From TPA_inf: Saccharomyces (lineage: Eukaryota): DNA of 64,000 nt. Below the pieces are notes generated by a model. It worked only from the letters and a program-made list of their open reading frames with translations, searched no databases and was not told the origin of the DNA. This document shows positions 55,807 to 64,000 of this stretch, piece by piece (position 1 is the stretch's first letter; every line of letters starts with the position of its first letter). The stretch lies in contig BK006946.2 in NCBI GenBank assembly GCA_000146045.2, forward strand, positions 704,001-768,000, given 5' to 3'. The translations under genes were made by a program, and so were the position numbers.

Positions 55807-57891
55807 ATGACCGAACAATATTCCGTTGCAGTTGGCGAAGCCGCCAATGAGCATGAAACCGCTCCAAGAAGAAATATCAGGGTTAAAGACCAGCCTTTGA
55901 TTAGACCCATAAACTCCTCAGCATCTACACTGTACGAATTCGCCCTGGAATGTTTTACCAAGGGTGGTAAGAGAGACGGTATGGCATGGAGAGATATTAT
56001 AGATATACATGAGACGAAAAAAACCATAGTCAAGAGGGTGGATGGTAAGGATAAGCCCATCGAAAAAACATGGTTGTACTACGAACTGACTCCCTACATA
56101 ACCATGACATACGAGGAGATGATCTGCGTAATGCACGACATTGGACGTGGGCTGATAAAGATTGGTGTTAAACCTAACGGTGAGAACAAGTTCCACATCT
56201 TTGCCTCTACTTCTCACAAGTGGATGAAAACTTTTCTTGGTTGCATGTCACAAGGTATTCCTGTGGTCACCGCGTACGACACTTTGGGTGAGAGCGGTTT
56301 GATTCACTCCATGGTGGAAACAGATTCCGTCGCCATTTTCACGGACAACCAGCTGTTGTCCAAATTAGCAGTTCCTTTGAAAACCGCCAAGAACGTAAAA
56401 TTCGTCATTCACAACGAACCCATCGATCCAAGTGACAAAAGACAAAATGGTAAGCTTTACAAGGCTGCCAAGGATGCTGTTGACAAAATCAAGGAAGTTA
56501 GACCGGACATAAAAATCTACAGTTTCGATGAAATTATTGAGATAGGTAAAAAGGCCAAGGACGAGGTTGAATTGCATTTCCCCAAGCCTGAAGATCCAGC
56601 TTGTATCATGTACACTTCTGGTTCCACTGGTACACCAAAGGGTGTGGTATTGACACATTACAACATTGTAGCTGGTATTGGTGGTGTGGGCCATAACGTT
56701 ATCGGATGGATTGGCCCAACAGACCGTATTATCGCATTCTTGCCATTGGCTCATATTTTTGAATTAACCTTTGAATTCGAAGCGTTCTACTGGAATGGTA
56801 TCCTAGGGTACGCCAATGTCAAGACTTTAACCCCAACTTCTACACGTAATTGCCAAGGTGACCTGATGGAGTTTAAACCTACCGTAATGGTGGGTGTCGC
56901 CGCAGTTTGGGAAACAGTGAGAAAAGGTATCCTGGCCAAGATCAACGAATTGCCCGGTTGGTCTCAAACGCTTTTCTGGACTGTCTATGCTTTGAAAGAG
57001 AGAAATATACCATGTAGCGGCTTGCTGAGTGGGTTGATCTTCAAGAGAATCAGAGAAGCAACCGGTGGAAACTTAAGGTTTATTCTGAACGGTGGGTCTG
57101 CAATCAGCATAGACGCCCAAAAATTCCTCTCCAACCTTCTATGTCCTATGCTCATTGGATATGGGCTAACTGAGGGTGTGGCTAATGCCTGTGTCCTGGA
57201 GCCTGAACATTTTGATTACGGTATTGCTGGTGACCTTGTCGGAACTATTACAGCTAAATTGGTGGATGTCGAAGATTTGGGCTATTTTGCCAAGAATAAT
57301 CAAGGTGAATTGCTGTTTAAGGGTGCACCCATCTGTTCTGAATACTATAAGAATCCTGAAGAAACTGCTGCGGCCTTTACCGATGATGGCTGGTTCCGTA
57401 CCGGTGATATCGCTGAATGGACCCCCAAGGGACAAGTTAAGATCATTGATAGAAAGAAAAATTTGGTTAAGACCTTAAATGGTGAGTACATTGCATTGGA
57501 AAAATTAGAATCCATTTACAGATCAAATCCTTACGTCCAAAACATCTGTGTCTACGCTGATGAAAACAAAGTTAAGCCTGTCGGTATTGTGGTCCCTAAC
57601 TTAGGACACTTGTCTAAGCTGGCTATCGAATTAGGTATAATGGTACCAGGTGAAGATGTCGAAAGCTATATCCATGAAAAGAAGCTACAGGATGCCGTTT
57701 GCAAAGATATGCTGTCAACTGCCAAATCTCAAGGCTTGAATGGTATTGAATTATTATGTGGCATTGTTTTCTTTGAAGAAGAATGGACTCCAGAAAATGG
57801 CCTTGTTACATCCGCCCAAAAATTAAAGAGAAGAGATATTCTAGCGGCTGTCAAGCCAGATGTGGAAAGAGTTTATAAAGAAAACACTTAA
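55807..57891 (+). CDS. FAA4: FAA4, long-chain fatty acyl-CoA synthetase, 694 aa
   Basis: The AMP-binding signature YTSGSTGTPKGV, the FACS motif and a 694-aa length. Confidence 0.9.
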   Translation: MTEQYSVAVGEAANEHETAPRRNIRVKDQPLIRPINSSASTLYEFALECFTKGGKRDGMAWRDIIDIHETKKTIVKRVDGKDKPIEKTWLYYELTPYITMTYEEMICVMHDIGRGLIKIGVKPNGENKFHIFASTSHKWMKTFLGCMSQGIPVVTAYDTLGESGLIHSMVETDSVAIFTDNQLLSKLAVPLKTAKNVKFVIHNEPIDPSDKRQNGKLYKAAKDAVDKIKEVRPDIKIYSFDEIIEIGKKAKDEVELHFPKPEDPACIMYTSGSTGTPKGVVLTHYNIVAGIGGVGHNVIGWIGPTDRIIAFLPLAHIFELTFEFEAFYWNGILGYANVKTLTPTSTRNCQGDLMEFKPTVMVGVAAVWETVRKGILAKINELPGWSQTLFWTVYALKERNIPCSGLLSGLIFKRIREATGGNLRFILNGGSAISIDAQKFLSNLLCPMLIGYGLTEGVANACVLEPEHFDYGIAGDLVGTITAKLVDVEDLGYFAKNNQGELLFKGAPICSEYYKNPEETAAAFTDDGWFRTGDIAEWTPKGQVKIIDRKKNLVKTLNGEYIALEKLESIYRSNPYVQNICVYADENKVKPVGIVVPNLGHLSKLAIELGIMVPGEDVESYIHEKKLQDAVCKDMLSTAKSQGLNGIELLCGIVFFEEEWTPENGLVTSAQKLKRRDILAAVKPDVERVYKENT

Positions 57892-58087
57892 AGGAAGACA
57901 TAGTTTTTTACTTTCCCCCCTGCCCTTCATAAACACTACGTTTCATTTTCTAAGAGCATCAATTTGCAAACACCTGAACTACTTGCACAATACATAGTTT
58001 CTTCTCCTACAGATACAGTTAATAATTAATAAATAACATTACACATAAACATGTTTAAGTTTCATTTCAGCAAGACAAGATTGACAT

Positions 58088-59091
58088 TATTAAGCGTGAT
58101 CTAAACTATGAATTTCTCCCGGGTATGAAACTACATTCTACTATTGATTTTAATAGATGAGCGATTAAACGGGATATTTGAATTTATGACTTCTGTAAAC
58201 CATCGAATGCCCCAACTTTTAGTAATCAAACATGCACCGAAAACAACCATATCAATCAATGTCTTGCTTCATTCTTGATTTCTCATCTCTTTCTTTCCTT
58301 CGTAATTTCACCTTCTCCCTCCGCTCCTTTTATCGAAGAAACATCGTATTACAATTAACAACGCATTGCACTATAGTACACCAAGTTTGAAAATAAAAAC
58401 CTCGCCCACGTTCATTTATGCAACAAGAAAAAAACTCCCATCACAGTTAGAAAGCAATGAATAAAAGCCATGCGTAATAAATACATTCAGAGAGGATGAC
58501 GATAAAAAAAGAAAAGAAATCACGAGGAGAGTAAACCAATATAAAAAGAACAAATTCAAAAAATTTTCTTATAATAAACCTTAACATGGAGTTTCCGTTA
58601 ACACACTATATGGAAGCGAAACGTGTGAATCAACAGAATCAACCACAGCATATCATAAACCTGAACATAGACACGACTGAAAAACTCAAACGTGCTATAC
58701 CGCCAAGCAGAAAATCCATTTGCTCCTACTTTATTTTCTACGTCTCCTTGCAATCTCCGTTCCATTTTATCATCCTCCCTCAAACTGAACACACCCCTCC
58801 ACCAGGATTAATTCATAGCTTCCGTCATGCTACCTGAATATTTTAGGGTCCGGTCACTTAAAAATGAACGCGTTCATAGCAAGGCACATATATCCAAAGT
58901 TAAAATGAACAAAGTGCATCGCATAGTTGTATATGCAATACAATCAAATTTCCTCAAATAAAAAGAACAATTGAGAGAATGAAAAAGGAAGAAAAGAGTG
59001 ATAATTTGAGAAAAAAATAGCTAAACAAAACGATAAATGATTTTGATTGAAATATTTCGGTGCAGTCCTTTTCCGAAAATTGGGGACATTC
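58088..59091 (+). ncRNA. Candidate position of the long (~1 kb) H/ACA snoRNA snR86; boundaries and strand are approximate
   Basis: From memory, snR86 (about 1004 nt) lies in the FAA4-YMR247C intergenic region. This 1.45 kb gap has no credible ORF. On the plus strand there is a small hairpin (TTTCGG...CCGAAA) followed by ACA at 59086-59088 and then 3 nt, which resembles an H/ACA 3' end. Counting 1004 nt upstream gives about 58088. This is not validated structurally. Confidence 0.35.
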
Positions 59092-59350
59092 AATAGAATT
59101 TCATCAATGGTTATCCCTCTTTTAGTAGCTAAAAACTGAAAACAAGGCCTGAACTAAAAACCATTCTTCTTTCAAGTTCGATTTTTATCCTGAAAAAATC
59201 CTGAAGAGAAAAAATTTCCAGAATATCCGGGTGATGGGCTGGATTGGCAAGGTATAGGGCTGGATTGTATAATTTGTAAGAGAGCACAATAATAAAAGGA
59301 ACTTTGTTTAAAAAATGTAGTACATTTATATGAAATTTATATGCGATAGT

Positions 59351-62300
59351 CTACCTTCTAAATGGAATTTCACTACGGCATAATGGACATGTATTGTTAC
59401 CCGATGATCGAAACCACTTGTAAAGACATGCTCCGTGGAACTTATTTTTACAAGTCGGACATGTCTTCGAAGGTAGTTTCCTATCCACGGCATGTAGTAT
59501 AGAGTAACATATGGCACATTCCTCGAAACCAGAAAATTGTAAGTGCACATTTTTAGTAAACAACTCCAACGAATCCAAAACGGATCCATTCATGCCTGTA
59601 ATTACATGTTGTGTAGACATTATCCATTGTTTCCATTTTTGTTCACTTATACCAACTCTAGAGACGCCATTAACTTGGATATTTGTTAAAGGGTAGTTTT
59701 TTGGTAGTTTGAAGGAAATCTCCAACTTTTGGTCGTCAATCAAATAGCTTGCCTTCACTTCATTAGTAATATTATTTAATTTAATAGTCAAAGCATCATC
59801 ATTAGAAGTCAGGCGGTCCATCTTAGAATTGATATCGTCAAATTCATTTTTGATCAAAATTGGGGAGATGAACTCTGAGACAAACTTTTCAATATCATTT
59901 TGTAATGTCCTATCTTTTATATTTAACCACCAAATACTCGTTAGACAACCGACGTTGTTAAACAACTGATAAAGTGTATGGCCCAAAAGTTTTTTACATT
60001 CTTCAAATATGTCTTCTTTATAAGGAGAGAAATTATTGCCGACAATGTTGTATTCCGAAATTTCCTTGGTGTCGACCTGTTTCCAAAACTCAGTATCTCT
60101 TAAATCTATTTGATCTGTTATGAAATCAAACATTCTATTGATTAAACCAGCTTCCTTTAATTGTTCAATAAATATTTGTCTCATATTATAAGACGTATCT
60201 TTGAAGTACATCAGTATCAAGTGCCAATACCATAGATATTTAATAAATGAATTTTTATTCTCGTATTCAAGGTATTCTTTTGGCACCTCATCAGTAACTT
60301 TTTGTAATAATTTTTGAGGTAGTTTAAATTTTGAGTTTACATCATTATCAGATGCACTACCATCTACGTCTGAGCCAGTTTGTTTTTGAATCCTCAGTTC
60401 ATACTCAATTATAATATCCTGCTGTGTTTTTACCACCAAAGAACCCAACAAAGTAGTTAATAATCTTGATTGATTAATATTACTACCGATATCCTTATCA
60501 TTCAATACAACCTCGAATATTCTTTTGTATTGAGATTCTAACTTTTTGAGTTCCATTGAGGAAATGACCTTGTACAATTTCTGGTAGAAGAGTGTGGATA
60601 CTTGGTTATTTCTTTCTTGATTAAAGTTGAGAAACATCAGTTCAATCAAATTTTCTTGAATTTCATCACCATATTCTGAGATTTCCTCGCCATTTTTGGA
60701 AACGCCTTGCGACAATGTTTCATATAAGTTCAAACAGGAAGAGCGAAGTTCTAACAAATATAAAGTGTCATCAATTTGACACATCGATAGAGAGTCTGCC
60801 AGCAACCTTTCCGAAAGTTCAAAAGCTGTTATGCCCATATCTCTGACTCCTTCAAACCTCATCAGTTTGGTGAAAAAATCTAGTAGTAACAATCTAACGG
60901 TGCTAAAGCTAGGCTCGTAGGCAAGATCACTATCCAACCATTTTAGTATTGAACGGAATATCATGTTCAGTCTCTGCGGTGCTATAGGAACAAACTGTTT
61001 ATCTGCCTGTGGGATATCCAGCAGATTATTTAAAAGAGCTAACGACTTGAATTCTTGATCGACAAGTTCTACTTCTCTAATCCCAATCAATTGAGATGCC
61101 AGCAATGTCCTTAATTTCGTTATCTCATCTTTTGAGTTGGACCTGTTAAACATCAATAGTAATATAGCACATAGGAGATAATCTTTATCAGTAGATTTTT
61201 GATCCCTCACAGTTTTCGTGACAAAACTTTCAACCGATGCTAATAGCCCATTTAATGTGGTGGATGAAACAGTATCAATGCTGTTCAATAGAACCTTATA
61301 TAATACTCTTGAATAATAAAAAAAGTAGACAGAATTACTTTCAGCAATATCAAAAGTAAGCATAGCATCACCACCATTAGCAGGCTGAATAACGTTTCCA
61401 ACAATATCAGAAAAGTTCAAATTTACTTTGCCATGTTTGAAAAAGGTATGCCCAAAATCATAGTAAAGATCATTTGGTTCCTCTGAAAGGCAATTATAAT
61501 CAGTGACGAGCTCAGAAACTACAGTTATAAATGCAACAATATGGTTATTAACGCGCTCTGGAAGAGCATCAAGTAGGGCATCTAAGAATAGAGCATACCT
61601 GATGAGCTTTTGCATATTTTTTAAATTGATAGGCTTATCATCTGTAAGGAGCAAATGCGTGTTAGTACTTAAGCTGCTCACTAAGGATGACCTATAATCA
61701 ATTGCTGGCATATATCTGGCAAAAACTTCGATTGCGTTAGCGGGAAAAAAAATCTGAGAAGTATCGTTGCAGCCATTAATTAGCTCCACGGCGTGTGTGA
61801 CATATTTTTCTTTTGCCCCGGGGCTGAAATAAACCTGAGCATGTTGCAAAATCACTTGGGCCAACTTATTAGCGATTTCAGAATTCCCTTTAGCCAACTG
61901 TAATGACAACTTGAATAGTTTCTCATTAGTGTCTTCTGAAACTTCATACAATGCACAAGAAAGAAAATCGGTATTCAGCAATAACGTTGAAAAAAAAGTT
62001 TCATCTAATTTAGACAAAACAGCACAAAATTGTTCAACTTGGCCATTGGCAACTGCGCTTCGGTAAAGTGTGGTGATAGTCCTTTGATTTAAAAATTTAT
62101 TATTACCTTTAAATATTTCCCCACTGTCGTCAAACTTATAATTTTTCATAAAGTCTTCAATGTACAATTCTAATTCTAGGGAATCTGATTTCATTAATTG
62201 TTGATAAATATCATTGTCCAACTCATTCATTGTGGCTAAAATTATTGTCTTTGGTAAGTTAAAAGAAAGCGCAACGATAAAAAAGTCTTCCAACGAAGTA

Positions 62301-64000
62301 ATCGCGTCAGTATTCATTTTGAAAAATTTGGAGTTTGAGTACTGTGCCATGATACCAGCAAAGTTTTGATATGTTGATTCTTGGACCAACGTTGGAATTT
62401 CGTTTATAAATTTCCCTATCTTCCCATTCAAGAAAATCATATCTGAATCTAAAAAGTAATTGAGAGCATCATATACACCGTCGTATTTGTTGAAAACATT
62501 TGAGGGATCTGTTTCGATTAATTGCACAAAAAAATCGAATAAACGACTAATTGCGGATTCGTTATTAGGAGAAGTAACCAATAAAGCAAAAAGATTCTTC
62601 TCAAAGCTCACCTTTATTTTTCTTATGTCTTCGTCTGAAGTGAAGTAATCTTCAATCTCTCTCTCCCATTTATCGGGTGGAAAGACGCCACTAAGAGTCT
62701 GGTTCAGTTTTGTGTACTCAGATAAAGATTTCCCGCAAGACAGAGAGTTAAAAATCTCACTTTCCACCATTTTTTTCACTCTTTCTTCTGATGAATCCTC
62801 AGCGAACTTCAAAAAATTTGTCCAAAACTCATTAAGAACCTCAGCGCTGTTTCTCGCAGAAAAGCCCTTTTCATTCAGTCTTTGCACCGATTTTTGCCAA
62901 AATGGAAGCCATTCAAGATAATAATCAAGAAAACTGTGTCTTTTAGTCGAGCTGTACAATGCAAACACAGCATTGAAAAATCCTGGCGATGGTGAAGTAC
63001 GGGAAACCGATAAAAATTTGAGTACTTTTTCTTTAGAAGATTTATCGTATGACCATATTGTCCCATCTTCATAGTCATCCAAGGTAGCTAAAAGGTTCAG
63101 TATTGATGGGAGAACAGGGCATACTTTTAGAATATTCTTTGACGTAATATGAGTCAACGATTTCAATAGTTTTTTCACCGCTAACTTCATTATATTTTTG
63201 TGGGAAGGCATGTAACCTCTTGTATAAAGAACATCAATCAATCGAAGAACTGTTTCGTAGGCATTTGTATTTTGCCCATTTTTTAAGTTAAGTAGTTTCC
63301 AGATTGACTCATCAGAAAGAATCACCTTAAGACTGGAAGAATTACGTTCTGAGACGTCTTTGTTATGAACAAAAAGCTTAATCAGCAGCAATACGGCACT
63401 TGCTATAACTCTGTGGTATCTAAACTCAGATTCTTCTTTACTGGAGTAACGTTCATCAGAAATGGTATCTTCATTCTCGTTTACAACAATCTCCTTTACT
63501 AAATTCAATAGTTGTTCTTGAAAAACAGCCCATAAGGCGTTAATTTTTGCTGGGTCTTTGTTGAAACACTCTGTTAATTCATTAAGAGAAGGTTTGGAAA
63601 CACTATAATCGAGTTCGCATGTACCGAGAAGTATCAAAGGTATAAAATCCTTTAAAAACTTCGATATTTTCTTCCGAAGGCTTTTGACAAGCATTATAGT
63701 AATTTGATGTGATTGCAGTCTGATGACCTTGTAATCACTAATTATCAGTTTAGCATATATCTGCGACCAACAAAGAAGAAAAATGTCATTGAAAAAGTAC
63801 TCATTCTGGTTAAAGTCGCTGATCAAATTGGAAAGATCCATTAAAGCTTTTTCTTTTGTAGTTTCATCTCTTTTCAGAAGAGATTTGAAAATGAGTTTCA
63901 GCTCGTTCGAGTACAAGGAGTTTAAAAGACTTGGATCCGGCAAACCATCAAAGTAGTTTAAGGATATTCTAACACCATTATGGCCGAGCCCTAAATCTGT
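59351..64000 (-). CDS. RKR1: RKR1/LTN1, ribosome-quality-control E3 ligase, C-terminal ~1549 codons including the RING-CH. The N-terminus (about 13 codons) lies beyond the right edge
   Basis: The frame is open to the window edge. It ends with the RING variant CAICYSILHAVDRKLPSKTCPTCKNKFHGACLYKWFRSSGNNTCPLCRSEI, and a HEAT/ARM-like helical repeat body precedes it. Confidence 0.85.
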   Translation of the reverse strand, partial: TDLGLGHNGVRISLNYFDGLPDPSLLNSLYSNELKLIFKSLLKRDETTKEKALMDLSNLISDFNQNEYFFNDIFLLCWSQIYAKLIISDYKVIRLQSHQITIMLVKSLRKKISKFLKDFIPLILLGTCELDYSVSKPSLNELTECFNKDPAKINALWAVFQEQLLNLVKEIVVNENEDTISDERYSSKEESEFRYHRVIASAVLLLIKLFVHNKDVSERNSSSLKVILSDESIWKLLNLKNGQNTNAYETVLRLIDVLYTRGYMPSHKNIMKLAVKKLLKSLTHITSKNILKVCPVLPSILNLLATLDDYEDGTIWSYDKSSKEKVLKFLSVSRTSPSPGFFNAVFALYSSTKRHSFLDYYLEWLPFWQKSVQRLNEKGFSARNSAEVLNEFWTNFLKFAEDSSEERVKKMVESEIFNSLSCGKSLSEYTKLNQTLSGVFPPDKWEREIEDYFTSDEDIRKIKVSFEKNLFALLVTSPNNESAISRLFDFFVQLIETDPSNVFNKYDGVYDALNYFLDSDMIFLNGKIGKFINEIPTLVQESTYQNFAGIMAQYSNSKFFKMNTDAITSLEDFFIVALSFNLPKTIILATMNELDNDIYQQLMKSDSLELELYIEDFMKNYKFDDSGEIFKGNNKFLNQRTITTLYRSAVANGQVEQFCAVLSKLDETFFSTLLLNTDFLSCALYEVSEDTNEKLFKLSLQLAKGNSEIANKLAQVILQHAQVYFSPGAKEKYVTHAVELINGCNDTSQIFFPANAIEVFARYMPAIDYRSSLVSSLSTNTHLLLTDDKPINLKNMQKLIRYALFLDALLDALPERVNNHIVAFITVVSELVTDYNCLSEEPNDLYYDFGHTFFKHGKVNLNFSDIVGNVIQPANGGDAMLTFDIAESNSVYFFYYSRVLYKVLLNSIDTVSSTTLNGLLASVESFVTKTVRDQKSTDKDYLLCAILLLMFNRSNSKDEITKLRTLLASQLIGIREVELVDQEFKSLALLNNLLDIPQADKQFVPIAPQRLNMIFRSILKWLDSDLAYEPSFSTVRLLLLDFFTKLMRFEGVRDMGITAFELSERLLADSLSMCQIDDTLYLLELRSSCLNLYETLSQGVSKNGEEISEYGDEIQENLIELMFLNFNQERNNQVSTLFYQKLYKVISSMELKKLESQYKRIFEVVLNDKDIGSNINQSRLLTTLLGSLVVKTQQDIIIEYELRIQKQTGSDVDGSASDNDVNSKFKLPQKLLQKVTDEVPKEYLEYENKNSFIKYLWYWHLILMYFKDTSYNMRQIFIEQLKEAGLINRMFDFITDQIDLRDTEFWKQVDTKEISEYNIVGNNFSPYKEDIFEECKKLLGHTLYQLFNNVGCLTSIWWLNIKDRTLQNDIEKFVSEFISPILIKNEFDDINSKMDRLTSNDDALTIKLNNITNEVKASYLIDDQKLEISFKLPKNYPLTNIQVNGVSRVGISEQKWKQWIMSTQHVITGMNGSVLDSLELFTKNVHLQFSGFEECAICYSILHAVDRKLPSKTCPTCKNKFHGACLYKWFRSSGNNTCPLCRSEIPFRR

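Noticed and set aside
59040-59095. The hairpin-ACA motif considered as the definitive snR86 3' end
   Set aside because: The stem is short and 7 nt from the ACA, and the coordinates do not exactly match my recalled coordinates. It is kept only as a low-confidence pointer inside the snR86 feature.

Overview
The window reads as a dense, well-annotated stretch of nuclear yeast chromosome, and I believe it is Saccharomyces cerevisiae chromosome XIII right arm, roughly YMR218C (TRS130, partial) through YMR247C (RKR1/LTN1, partial). This identification is from memory of the encoded proteins, not from a database search. The long ORFs recognised by product are ESC1, ERG8, FMP42, FSH2, UBP8, MRE11, MRPL44, TMA29, TAF7, MTF1, RRP5, RPS10B, PEP5, FUS2, TRI1, RNH1, RNA1, TAF9, BCH1, DFG5, RNT1, CUS1, YHM2, RPL20A, ZRC1, YMR244W, COA6 and FAA4. 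If my recalled chromosome coordinates are right, window position 1 corresponds to about chrXIII:704,001, and ERG8, RPS10B, the tRNA and RPL20A all agree with that single offset. Besides about 30 protein-coding genes I find three spliceosomal introns (MRPL44, RPS10B, RPL20A), all with TACTAAC branch points. RPL20A has a single-nucleotide first coding exon and a GTGAGT 5' splice site. There is one tRNA-Arg(UCU) on the minus strand with a degenerate Ty4 LTR (tau) remnant directly upstream of it. Sequence-level regulatory sites include Rap1 sites upstream of both ribosomal-protein genes, two TGAAACA pheromone-response elements upstream of FUS2 and a ZRE-like element upstream of ZRC1. Several microsatellites and trinucleotide repeats are present, and a 1.45 kb gene-free gap between FAA4 and RKR1 probably holds the long H/ACA snoRNA snR86. 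I see no CRISPR array, prokaryotic operon structure or defense-island organisation; this is a eukaryotic chromosome, and nothing in the sequence itself suggests an undescribed system. The points worth a second look are the non-canonical splicing features, the tRNA/Ty remnant, the snoRNA candidate and two small uncharacterised ORFs.
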